Origin: Podarcis erhardii
Taxonomy: Eukaryota
Assembly: GCA_964252035.1 (NCBI GenBank)
Contig: OZ176211.1
Length of the DNA stretch: 64,000 nt
Reading direction: 5' to 3' (one strand)
Part shown: positions 12,558 to 23,291 of the stretch, in pieces
Numbering within the stretch: the first letter of the stretch is position 1
Layout: every line of letters starts with the position of its first letter
Program-made: the position numbers and the translations under genes
Notes under the pieces: model-generated
What the model saw: the letters and a program-made list of their open reading frames with translations, nothing else
Database searches by the model: none
What the model was told of the DNA's origin: nothing

Positions 12558-13270
12558 TGTTGTGGGCTCACGCCCCCAACAATAGCGCAGGGCTGGCTGC
12601 AGCCCCGCGTGACCAGGGGAATCCTCAGGCCGCGTCAGCCCGGGAGCCAGCCAATCAGCTGGCTCCGGGGGCGTGGCCTGGGTCATTTAAGGCTGGCGCG
12701 GCCCCGGGATCTCCCCTTTTCGCCTGTGCAGCCGATTCGGTTTCCCACCCACCCACCCTTTCGGTTTTCCTTCTGACATTGCTATGGACTTCGGTTGGTC
12801 GCCATCAGGGGGCCTGGTAGGAATTTTTTCCACTTGGCAAATTGGCACTGGCCATTTGGTTTTTCGCCTATCTCGTAGCAAATCGTCACAACATCTCTTG
12901 GTTATGGCGGTTAGGCATTGGTAGTGGTATTCTTATGTAGATGTGTTGGGGGGGAGCGCCATCACCTCCCCCAAATCTTGAAGGGTAATCCGGTAAAGGA
13001 TTCTGGGGAGGGGGCATTGCCTCATCTGAAACCTGGGGGAGTTCCTATTGATGTGCATCCCAGGGCTCCCCCTGCTGGTGTTAACCCTTTCCGGTTTTCA
13101 TGCTAACAGGCTGATGCCGGATAGTCTGATAGGACCAATGCCTAAAGCCAATACCGCTCTTACCTGTAACCAATAAAGTTGTGGCTAATTTTTGCCCATT
13201 AACCTTAATCAATGGTGTCCTGTGTCTTTATTTATTCCAATTGGGGGGAGGCGGGAATCGCCACGCAACA
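12558..13270 (+). mobile_element. Probable solo LTR (713 bp)
   Basis: TGTTG...CAACA termini with short inverted ends; CCAAT (12651), GC box, TATA-like CATTTAAGG, AATAAA at 13172; CpG-rich relative to flanks; no matching TSD found. Confidence 0.7.
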
Positions 13271-13592
13271 GCACAGAGTAGGGCAGGGAAGGCCAACACA
13301 AGAGTTAAAAGGAAGTCAATGAATCGGTGAATCCCATACATCAATTAGAAAGTGTTCAAGCTTCCTACCTTCCTAACCCCCTATGTGCTGTAAAGGTACT
13401 GAGAAATGTTCTACAGCACACGGTTAATTCACATAGCACTTAATAAGTCAACCATTCTCCTTTATTGGCATAAAAAGTGCATCGTATACATGGATCAGAA
13501 CACAACAAAGTTAATGAAGCATAGTAGGGGATACTTTAGGATAAAACTGTCCAGACATCGTGAGGTACGAAGATGGCTCTTAGGACCTATGG

Positions 13593-13728
13593 CAGGCATG
13601 GCCAAACTTGGCCCCCCAGCTGTTTTGGGACAACAACTCCCATCATCCCTAGCTAACAGGACCAATGGTCAGGGATGATGGGAATTGTAGTCCCAAAACA
13701 GCTGGAGGGCCAGGTTTGACCATGCCTA
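13593..13728. mobile_element. Palindromic hAT MITE (about 136 bp family)
   Basis: TIR CAGGCATGGCCAAAC; GGGACAACAACTCCCATCATCCC/GGGATGATGGGAATTGTAGTCCC arms; perfect TSD ACCTATGG (13585-13592, 13729-13736). Confidence 0.9.
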
Positions 13729-14869
13729 ACCTATGGTGACATAATTTCAAAGCGTCACTCAAAAATCTTGCCACATTCTCCACAACGTCATTACTACAAT
13801 TGCTCAGCACATAAGACACCATGGAAGAGTCAGTGAGATAAATCCCCTCCTTCAATAAGGGGACCAAATACTTATGATTTTTTTTTTGCATAAAATGGGC
13901 AATATAATAAAATGTGTGTGATGGATTCAACCTGTTTTGTGTCACAAAGGCATTATCTTTCAGAGTACGGGATATTTGAGAATCTACCTTGCAAAACTGC
14001 AGATGGTAAGACGTTAAATCTTGTGAGGGAAAGAGCTCTGTGTAGGTGGGGACTGTAAAGCTGGTGTAAATATGGAGTGTCCTGGCCAAACGAGGGTGGA
14101 ATTCCCAACCCCAATGGGGAACAGGTTTTGTTGGCTGCACTGCAAAGGGTTTGGAATTAAATCTCTAGGATTCTGCACTTGATTGTCTGGAATGCTTCCA
14201 ATATGTGGGAACATAAGCAGCGACTCGAGTGGTAGGCCACAGGTTCTGATTTTGCTCTCAATGCAAGCTAGCCATTTGGAGTGGTGGGATTCTGCCAGCA
14301 TGTGGAAAGTTAAAGAAGACAGATCGGACATGAACTGTAGGCAGAGCCAGAATTTTATAGTGGTGAGCCATGCTTTGGTTTCCAGCCAAAAACTAGCCTT
14401 ATCCTGACCCAGAAGTGATATCCTTGGATCTGGGATATTGGATCTGGGATATTAGTGCCCTTGAGGCTCCAGCCTGAAGGACCCCACTGTGGGTTTCAAA
14501 AGATCAAAATAAATCTTACTTTATCTGGGATACTACTCCATGAGGCAGCCAACCCAGAAGGAATATAGAGTTAAGGACTCTGAGACACTTGACTCGTCAT
14601 ATCTCCAATGCCAGATGTCTGACCCTTGGAGAATGAACAATAATAAGTCTGAGCCAAGCCCAGACAAGGAAGTGTAGGTTTTAACTGCCTGCCTGAATGA
14701 ACCTGATAGAATTCTTATGACATAGGATCACTATTGGAAAAGCTCTAGTACGTGTGGTGGGCAATTTTGCCTCTTGTGGAAGTGGCACCTGTGGCAAGGA
14801 CTCTTTACAAATGGGGAATGTATAGGAAATGGGGTAACACTATAAAAAGAAAGACCATAAACCCTGCAT

Positions 14870-15010
14870 TTGACTCAGAAACACGCTAGCAAACAATGGA
14901 GATCTTGCAAAATAGGCTTGCAGCGGCTAACACCTGCAACTCTGCCCGGAGCAGTCTTCAAGAGAAGCCCCATAGCACAGTACTCTAGTTGAAAGGTTGC
15001 CAGAGCAAGA
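14870..15010 (-). mobile_element. Degenerate L2 LINE remnant
   Basis: Minus frame LEYCAMGLLLKTAPGRVAGVSRCKPILQDLHCL resembles L2 LDYCN..Y.GLPLK...HITPIL..LHWLP. Confidence 0.55.
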
Positions 15011-15379
15011 GCCTTTCCTTGATTACTTAACAAGTTTAATAGAGCAGCGGTTCCAAAACATTCCCACCCTGCTCCACAGACCACTTGATGTTTTGGTGGA
15101 CCACTTTATGATTTTTCTGCCTGTTGTAGCAATTGTAATACGTTGTGCTAGATGCTGTGTGGCTTTTAATTGTATTTTAAAAGACAGGCTGTAGACCACA
15201 CAAAGAAAGCTCATGGATCATTGGTGTTCCATGGACCCTTGTGTGGAAATTCCTTTCCTAGTGCTGATGCCCAGGAAATGACCAAGTCATGTAACAGGTC
15301 CACCATATATTACATGATATAGAGCCCACTTCTTCGTGACCCAGGAAGTTCAAAATATTAAGTGACATTGAAAGTAGTT

Positions 15380-15850
15380 CCATTTACGGGGGCCGCTAGG
15401 GGCGTATTGGAAGATGGCCGACAATACCATCTCTCGGTCTCACACAAGGCAATTAAGAGGCTAATATGGGAGTATGTAGCCCCCCTTGTTTCCCCAGGGA
15501 ATGGGGGAAACACTGCCTTCGCCTGCGGTTGCCATAAATCCAACCCGAGTTCGAAAGAATAAGGGGGTGACGGCACTAGGCGCACAGCACTCGTGTGGGA
15601 TGGCTCTCCTGACGCCGTCTCTGATAGCGCGACCTGGTTGCAGGAGCTCAAAATAACAATTAGAGAGAGTAACAAATGCACATGTTTCGAGTGAAGAGTG
15701 GGAGTTAAGACTGCTAATTGAAGTGACCTCTGTGAAGTTGAGCAACGGGCTGGATTCAACAGGAAAATATATCAAGAAGAAGATACATCAAAGGGTTGGT
15801 ACGTCGGAACGGGGCGGAAAGGGGGGGGACTTTTATTTTTTCTCTCTATG
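15380..15850 (+). mobile_element. CpG-rich putative retroelement 5' region (L1-like), left part
   Basis: Begins with GGAAGATGGCCGAC (YY1-type AAGATGGCC motif typical of L1 5' ends); many CpGs; continues after the BovB insertion. Confidence 0.35.
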
Positions 15851-15910
15851 TGAATCCCTAGGGATGAATCCCTATGTGAATCCCTAGGGATCTCTATGTG
15901 AATCCCTAGG

Positions 15911-16750
15911 GATGAATCCCTAGTCGGAATTAAGATTACCGTAAGAAATATCAACAACCTCAGATATGCAGATGACACAACCTTGATGGCAGAAAGTGAG
16001 GAGGAATTAAAGCACCTTTTATTGAGGGTGAAAGAGGAGAGCGCAAAATATGGTCTGAAGCTCAACATCAAAAAAACGAAGATCATGGCCACTGGTCCCA
16101 TCACCTCCTGGCAAATAGAAGGGGAAGAAATGGAGGCAGTGAGAGATTTTACTTTCTTGGGCTCCATGATCACTGCAGATGGGGACAGTAGCCACGAAAT
16201 TAAAAGACGCCTGCTTCTTGGGAGAAAAGCAATGACAAACCTTGACAGCTTCTTAAAAAGCAGAGACATCACCTTGCCAACAAAGGTCCGTATAGTAAAA
16301 GCTATGGTTTTCCCAGTAGTGATGTATGGAAGTGAAAGCTGGACCGTAAAGAAGGCTGATCGCTGAAGAATTTATGCTTTTGAATTATGGTGCTGGAGGA
16401 GACTCTTGAGAGTCCTATGGACTGCAAGAAGATCAAACCCATCCATTCTGAAGGAAATCAGCCCTGAGTGCTCACTGGAAGGACAGATCATGAAGCTGAG
16501 GCTCCAATACTTTGGCCACCTCATGAGAGGAGAAGACTCCCTGGAAAAGACCCTGATGTTGGGAAAGATGCAGGGCACAAGGAGAAGGGGACAACAGAGG
16601 ACGAGATGGCTGGATAGTGTTCTCGAAGCTACCAGCATGAGTTTGACCAAACTGCGGGAGGCATTGGAAGACAGGAGTGCCTGGCGTGCTCTGGTCCATG
16701 GGGTCACGAAGAGTCGGACACGACTAAATGACTAAAACAACAAAACAACA
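15911..16750 (+). mobile_element. BovB LINE, 5'-truncated, reverse transcriptase C-terminal half with one in-frame stop
   Basis: GIKITVRNINNLRYADDTTLMAESEEELKHLLLRVKEES...KKADR*RIYAFELWCWRRLLRV...HGVTKSRTRLND*; (CAA)n tail; probable TSD AATCCCT. Confidence 0.97.
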
Positions 16751-17330
16751 ATCCCTCCCCAAGAAGAACCGTTGCACAATTGACTATAAGCGGGATGATT
16801 AAGAAACTGTGTGGAAATGAATTACTAACCAAAGGCATGGTTTATGGATATCTGAAAAAGGTGAAAGGCTTTTGGAATGACGCAGTTATAAAAAGAGAGT
16901 CGCCATGTTGGCAGGCTTTGTTGCAGGATTGACGATCGAGAGGGGGAGGAGGCCTCGGCTTTGTTATTATATTGGACTCTTGGCAGAACCCCCTGAGAAG
17001 ATCAAGAAGGGAATGACAGGCCTGCGAAGATTAATGAGCAGACGTTAAGATTGTTTTTATGGAAGTGATGAAATGCGTCTGCTGTTTGAATATGACTCTT
17101 GGATGAATGGAAAAATCCACACAGGATTATAAAAATGCTTGTTTTCAACTCGCTTGTGGAGACAATCAGAGGTCACAAAGTAAAGAAAGGAAAAATATAC
17201 GAAAATAACAAGAAGAGATGAGGAAAACAACAAAGAAGGAATGGATAGAATTGTGAACATTATTTGGACAGAATTGTGAACATCAAAGCAGCAGCAATAA
17301 GATGACTGGATCCCTTTCAGAGCTCGAAAC
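16751..17330 (+). mobile_element. Putative continuation of the L1-like element (5' UTR/ORF1-like remnant)
   Basis: Rejoins the pre-BovB sequence at ...ATGTG AATCCCT CCCCCAAG; CpG-rich start, then purine-rich K/E/R-rich frames broken by stops. Confidence 0.3.
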
Positions 17331-17387
17331 ATGGGCACCCCCAACAAAAATTTAAAATTTGGCTCTGTAATTTGGAATTAATGTGAT

Positions 17388-17531
17388 NNNNNNNNNNNNN
17401 NNNNNNNNNNNNNNNNNNNNNNNNNNNNNNNNNNNNNNNNNNNNNNNNNNNNNNNNNNNNNNNNNNNNNNNNNNNNNNNNNNNNNNNNNNNNNNNNNNNN
17501 NNNNNNNNNNNNNNNNNNNNNNNNNNNNNNN
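17388..17531. other. Assembly gap
   Basis: N run. Confidence 1.
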
Positions 17532-18497
17532 GGAAGACACCCGAGGACACCAAAACCTGCATTCCTGTACCCGTGAAAATCTACGAAAGCATATATATAT
17601 AAATATATATAATCAGTGTCAAGTAGGATTCCAGGTGAGAGGAAACCTGCTGCCAGGATAAAATGCTAACTATTTGGAACTTAATTTGATATTTTATTTC
17701 AAGTGGTCTAAAAAAGCACACAGTTAACTAAAGGCCAAGTGATACTCCGACAGAAGGAAATTAGAAGACTGTACAGGTAGAAAGAGGCCTTTTAGTCCTG
17801 CTAATATAAAGTGCTGTGAACCATACAATTCCAATTTTCAGCCTTCCAGTTCAGTTTTCATGTAGATCTTTTCTTTTTTGCAGTGGACTGGGTGAGAAGA
17901 CGCAAAAGTCACCGTTATATACAGGCTTCTTTCCCATGGCAATAGACTTCAAAGGAAAAGGTTTACGGGTCTACTTACAGGTGGTTAGGATCGATTTAAG
18001 AGCGCGTGGAGGCACTGGGCCTTGACTGACCTCTCAGATTAATCATGCTGTTTCATTTCTGCAGCTCTGGAAATCTTTGATGCACCCCTCTCGCCTTCAC
18101 AAATCACAGGCCCAGTTGACCAAGCAGCACATGGGAATTGACTGTCGGCAACCGGGTCTATAAAAATTCTTAATCACTGGGTGACTTCTTCATCTGACGT
18201 GCACCGTATAACATATATGCACTCGGAACAGGCAACTGGGGTTAATCCAAAGGGGAAGTGACACTCAAGAGAGGTAAATCACAACTCGTTTGCCTGGTTT
18301 TAAATAGAGGCAGAAAATTATGATGCATCTCTGCTATTCAATTCATGAGGCTGGCAGACATTTTGAGAACCAGGAACCATAATATGTAATAAGAATCAAC
18401 ACGTGAGGTCTTATAGAGAACGAAAAGCACCGCTGTCATGTTTTATTTACAGCAATGAGGGATAGAACCATGATTTTTGTGTTCTAGTGAGACACAA

Positions 18498-18650
18498 CAG
18501 AGGCGGATTTAGGGGAGCACAACTGGTTTGGTCACACTGGGTGCAGAGCCTTGGTGGGGGGCACAACTATGAAGTAGAATGGAAGGCAAGACATGGGGGC
18601 AGGCCAAATTTGGGTGTTGCTGAAATTTGAGACCCCAAGGTCCACCACTG
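18498..18650. mobile_element. hAT-like MITE
   Basis: Imperfect TIR CAGAGGCGGA/TCCACCACTG; GACACAA duplicated on both sides; related decayed copy near 3770-3880 in the opposite orientation. Confidence 0.65.
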
Positions 18651-19026
18651 GACACAACAATAAACTTGTCACACAATGCAAAATTGTTCACCTCTCAGGC
18701 GTGTCGTGAAAAATAAAGCTCTTATTCAAACGAACAACCTTTACATGTTAGAAAAAGGAAATGAAAGAATCAGAACTAGAGTTTGTGTACTTGCAAAAGT
18801 ACATGCACCAGAAACTATTTTGGAAGTTATGAACCTTCTTTGATCGCTTGCTAATCGTTACAATTTGAAAAGCAGCACATAATTCAGAAAAAGTGCCTAC
18901 CTATAATTTTTTAGAATCAGCACCTCAGCCAGAAAGGAAGAAAAACACAGCAGTGTGATGTAGAAAATCAGTTGTAATGAGATACTGGGCTTTCATTTAA
19001 TCCCCAATTCTCCTGCCAGACGATTA

Positions 19027-19285
19027 CCGTATTTTTTGCTCTATAAGACTCACTTTTCCCCTCCTAAAAAGTAAGGGGAAATGTGTGTGCGTCTTATGGA
19101 GCGAATGCAGGCTGCGCAGCTATCCCAGAAGCCAGAACAGCAAGAGGTATTGCTGCTTTCACTGCGCAGCGATCCCTCTTGCTGTTCTGGCTTCTGAGAT
19201 TCAGAATATTTTTTTTCTTGTTTTCCTCCTCCAAAAACTAGGTGCGTCTGGTCGTCTGGTGCATCTTATAGAGCGAAAAATACGG
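19027..19285. mobile_element. Tc1/mariner (Tc2-like) MITE
   Basis: TIR CCGTATTTTTTGCTCTATAAGA/TCTTATAGAGCGAAAAATACGG with TA flanks; homologous to 35694-36366. Confidence 0.85.
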
Positions 19286-19623
19286 TACTTTAGAAGTGCA
19301 TAATAACACAGCCAAATGATCACTCTCCAACAGGAATATAACTGCACTCTAAACTGCTGGTGATGGTTGTACAGCTCTAATTGCGAAACCCCCATTCTCA
19401 CTAATTTCACTCATGATAGCGAAACTTAAGAAAAACTTTCTGCTAGGATATTTGAAGACTAACATAAACCTGGAAGGAAGCTGAGCAGCACACAGCTTCA
19501 AAGGTTGTGGAGCAGCTAGCCGCTATGCATCTCAGGATCCATATACCTGGTCCTGTTAATACACTCAATTTATCAAGGATGTTCAAGAACATATCATGCC
19601 AGAACTGATTTAGGAAGACCATA

Positions 19624-19990
19624 AAGGTAAAGGTAAAGGTACCCCTGCCCGTACGGGCCAGTCTTGACAGACTCTAGGGTTGTGCGCTCATCTCACTCTA
19701 GAGGCCGGGAGCCAGCGCTGTCCGCAGACACTTCTGGGTCACGTGGCCAGCGTGACGAAGCTGCTCCGGCGAACCGGCACCAGAGCAGCACACGGAATGC
19801 CGTTTACCTTCCCGCTAGAAAGCGGTACCTATTTATCTACTTGCACTTAAGAGTGCTTTCGAACTGCTAGGTGGGCAGGAGCTGGGACCGAACGGCGGGA
19901 GCTCACCCCGCCGCGGGGATTCGAACCACCGACCATGCGATCGGCAAGTCCTAGGCGCTGAGGTTTTACCCACAGCGCCACCCGCGTCCC
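19624..19990 (-). mobile_element. Sauria SINE, full length, subtype A
   Basis: tRNA-like head GGGACGCGGGTGGCGCTGTGGG...GGTTCGAATCC, (ACCTTT)n tail; 12-bp TSD AGGAAGACCATA (19612-19623, 19993-20004). Confidence 0.95.
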
Positions 19991-21394
19991 ACAGGAAGAC
20001 CATATGGTGGACCAAAAGACTGTCCTAGGAATCACAGCAATCACAGGACAAAGCACGCCAGTTTTTTCACTCCATTAAAATTACACAAGAGTAACTTGTG
20101 CAGTACTATCCCAAAACCCACACTAGGGCAATACTTTTATTAGACTACCAAAATATCAAAGGCTTTGCATGCAAGCTTTTGGGTTCTCAAAAACACTTAA
20201 GATCAGGCTAGTTTGTAAGCGGAGGAGGAGGAAACGGTTGACTGATGTTGAAACCACCTAGCATTTAATCACAGTCTTAAGGCTCTTCCAGATTTTAAAG
20301 ATGCACCCAGGGCTACTGGGATGGAGAAACATGCAGTGGTTGCACCACCATTTTTATAGCAAATTGGTAGCAGGAAGAATTAAAGAAACAACCGAGAAGA
20401 GAGCTTCCTTGCCTGATTGCTATTGGAGGCAATTGTTACTTGTCACAGGTCACTGGAGGAGTACGCAACTCATAAGCCTGCTCTGTCTCCCACTTGCAAG
20501 GGCCTAGCACAGGGAAAGCCAATGTGGTGCTCTCCAGACATTGTGAACTACGATTCCTATCATCCCAGACCATTGGTCGTGCTTGCAGGGGCTGACAGGA
20601 GTTTAGTCTGCAATATTTTGAAGGCACCATTGGTTTTGCCTTAAGTCCCCCCACTCAGCAATGTCAATAATGTTCAGACCATGTTAAAAAAAACTGAAGA
20701 CAAGAGCGGAGTAAAGCTGTTTGTTGTTCCAGGTCCATTTTGGCAATAATATTAATTTCCTGATGAAGGAGGCTTGAAGGAGCAAATAATTATGATTTCC
20801 TGTTACTACTAATTAGATTTCATTTGCTTTTCCTATTTAGCCGCTCTAGGCACGTCTTGTCATTTATTTGGAATTATCTCGCAGTACTCCCTTCATATGT
20901 ATCAATAAATTATCATTCCTAATTAAGCTAGCATAGTTGTTGTTTTTTGTTTTAAATGAATGAATGTTTGAGACTCCAGGGGCTTTGTACTTGGGCTGGA
21001 AAAAGTAATGTTTCCCCCCGCTTCTGATATTTGGCAGACAAATTGGGTGCAAGGTGACCATTGCATTTCAGTTTGCAATATATGCATCTAACAGGGGCAG
21101 TTGAAATTAAAATTCAAAGTTACCTTTCACTTTCAGCACTTGGATAATTATTGAAAAACTAATTATTACGATGCCAGAAAGGACACGCATTAACTGCTGG
21201 CAAACAAGAGGACGCCCACAAAGCCTTGAAGTAGGAAAAGGAAGCAGAATTCCCAAAGCTATGTCTCACTGTGTATTATGAAGTCAAGGGCCCCTTCAGA
21301 TTAGAGTACAGGAACATCATAACCTGCCTTATACTAAGTCAGACTGTTGGTATCAACTACAGCAGTGGTTCTCAATTAGCTAATGCCAGGAACG

Positions 21395-21790
21395 TCCCCC
21401 CCCCCCCCCAGAACGCAGTGGATGAGTTAGACTCAGAGATTGAACTAAATGAACGAGGGTCCGACTCTGCAGATGAGAACTGGCTGTCAGAATCGAGAAA
21501 GGGCAGTTTGACACACACACACACACACACACACCTCTTCATGGAGAAGACTCTATTAGCTCTCAAGGAGAGGAAGAGTTGGAAGGCAGCCAGAGAGTTG
21601 CTAGGCAATCAGCTGATAAGCAGATGTCTGAATCTGGGTTGAGTGGGAGTGATGAGGAGGGGGGAGGCCAGCCTCTCAGTCCCCGATCCAGGTGTCTGGA
21701 TAAAATCAGAAGGCAATGGAAGGGCAAGAGGGGAAAGGCGGGAGTCTGGTGTCCTTCCTGCTGTGGGAGGGGCAAAATTTCAGACTGACC
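21395..21790 (+). mobile_element. Possible LTR-derived fragment containing (CA)n
   Basis: Purine-rich, acidic pseudo-ORF (DELDSEIELNERGSDSADE...SPRSRCLDKIRRQW) resembling lizard Gypsy LTR sequence from memory; termini not found. Confidence 0.3.
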
Positions 21791-21851
21791 AACAAACATA
21801 AATGCAAGCAGGTGAGATGCCGGGCTCTGGATGTGTCTTTTTGTAAAATAA

Positions 21852-22102
21852 AAAGGTAAAGGTACCCCTGCCCGTACGGGCCAGTCGTGTCCGACTCTAG
21901 GATTGCGTGCTCATCTCGCTCAAGAGGCCGTGAGCCGGCGCCGTCTGAAGACACTTCTGGGTCACGTGGCCAGTGTGACGAAGCTGCAGCTGGCAAGCCA
22001 GCACCAGCGCAGCACACTGAAACGCCGTTTACCTTCCCGCTATAAACCGGTACCTATTTATCTACTTGCACTTAAGGGTGCTTTCAAACTGCTAGGTGGG
22101 CA
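21852..22102 (-). mobile_element. Sauria SINE, 5'-truncated, subtype A
   Basis: AAAGGTAAAGGTACCCCTGCCCGTACGGGCCAGTC... matches 19624-19990; lacks the tRNA head. Confidence 0.93.
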
Positions 22103-22379
22103 TAATATACATAAAACTATGAGGAGGTCAAATGGTATTTTTTAAACTGTGAATTCAGGTATTTTTGGTGTATATAAGGACACAAAAAGAACAATGCAGG
22201 GTTAGATTTAAGGATTTCATCTAGCTCAGCATCATTTTTCTAGCAGTGGCCTGTCAGATGGTTCAGGGAACTTATGTTGCTGCCACAGGGATAACATATC
22301 AATGAAAACTTTCAGAATAACGAAGACATCCATGAATCTGAGTACAATTGTGGCACATAGAAAGCTATTCTCCCAAATA

Positions 22380-22630
22380 TTTTCTGCGGTGGCTCCCCGC
22401 TTGTGAAATGCTCTCCCCAGAAAGGTTCTTTTGGCACCTTCATTACATATCTTTAGGCAAAAATGTTTCTCTAATCAACCTTCTGCTGAATCTATGGCCT
22501 TATAATGTGTTTGTGGGAGCGGGAATTATTGGTTTGTTTTTGTTTGTGTTCTCATTTTGTAATTTTATGTTGTGAACCACCCTACGATCTTCCGATGAAG
22601 ATTGTATACAAATTTAATAAATAACAAATT
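22380..22630 (+). mobile_element. L2 LINE 3' end
   Basis: TCTGCGGTGGCTCCCCGCTTGTGAAATGCTCTCCCCAG...GGCACCTTCATTA...GTGAACCACCC...(TAAA) tail; homologous to 58035-58368. Confidence 0.75.
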
Positions 22631-23282
22631 TAATAAATAACAATAACTATTCTCCCAGAAATAGAACTATTTCCCTTTTAAGACATGATTAAAGCTCCAT
22701 CACTTTAAAGAAGCAGATGGAGGTGTCTTTGTTTGGCTCTTTGGATTTAAGGATAAGGTAGTTGAGAAAGTGGGGTTTCCGCATTTATTACATTTAACCA
22801 AATATTAACTAGGAATACAGGGTAATAGCAAATTTCTCCCTTTTTTGGACATTTCCAAGAAGCATGGCTCACTTATGCTTCCCCTTTAAATGTTTGCAGA
22901 AAATATTTCAAGATCTTAGAGAGGGAGCAGTCTATAAATGTAAAATTTAGGGATATTGCTAGACAGAAGAGAAGAAGATGTCTTCTAAGTCAAAAGAATA
23001 TGTAATGGATGTAGGAACGGAAAAACATCTTTGTTGCAGGGGTGTGCTTGCCATCACAGTATCATCTGCAAGAACCAGAATTAAGCCCTTCTGTTTGAAA
23101 AGCACAACATAATGAAAAGCGGAATCTTCTGTACTTACATTCACACCCCTCATTTCCTTTATCTTTTTTGCCCCTGTCCTCTCATTTTGCAGCTTGCCTT
23201 TGCACGCAGCCCGAAATGAGATGGAAGCAAGAGACTCAAGCACATCTGTACAGAGCCTTTCGCACAAACAGCAATTGCGGAG

Positions 23283-23291
23283 GGGGCGGGG
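23283..23291 (+). promoter_or_regulatory. GC box inside a CpG-enriched unique segment (candidate promoter)
   Basis: GGGGCGGGG; about a dozen CpGs between 23110 and 23600; splice donors facing away on both strands. Confidence 0.3.

Noticed and set aside
12380-12820. 146-aa plus ORF
   Set aside because: Runs from unique DNA into the GC-rich solo LTR; chance ORF.
14240-14340. Minus frame VFFNFPHAGR resembling the FNFPH motif of FDXACB1/Bmt5-type proteins
   Set aside because: A stop follows within 12 codons and flanking residues do not match.
11582-16707. Minus-strand ORFs of 75-166 aa (MTPWTRARQ..., MMSLLFKKL...)
   Set aside because: Antisense reading frames of BovB, not independent genes.
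18871-18890. miR-15-like AGCAGCACATAAT
   Set aside because: Partial match only; no hairpin.
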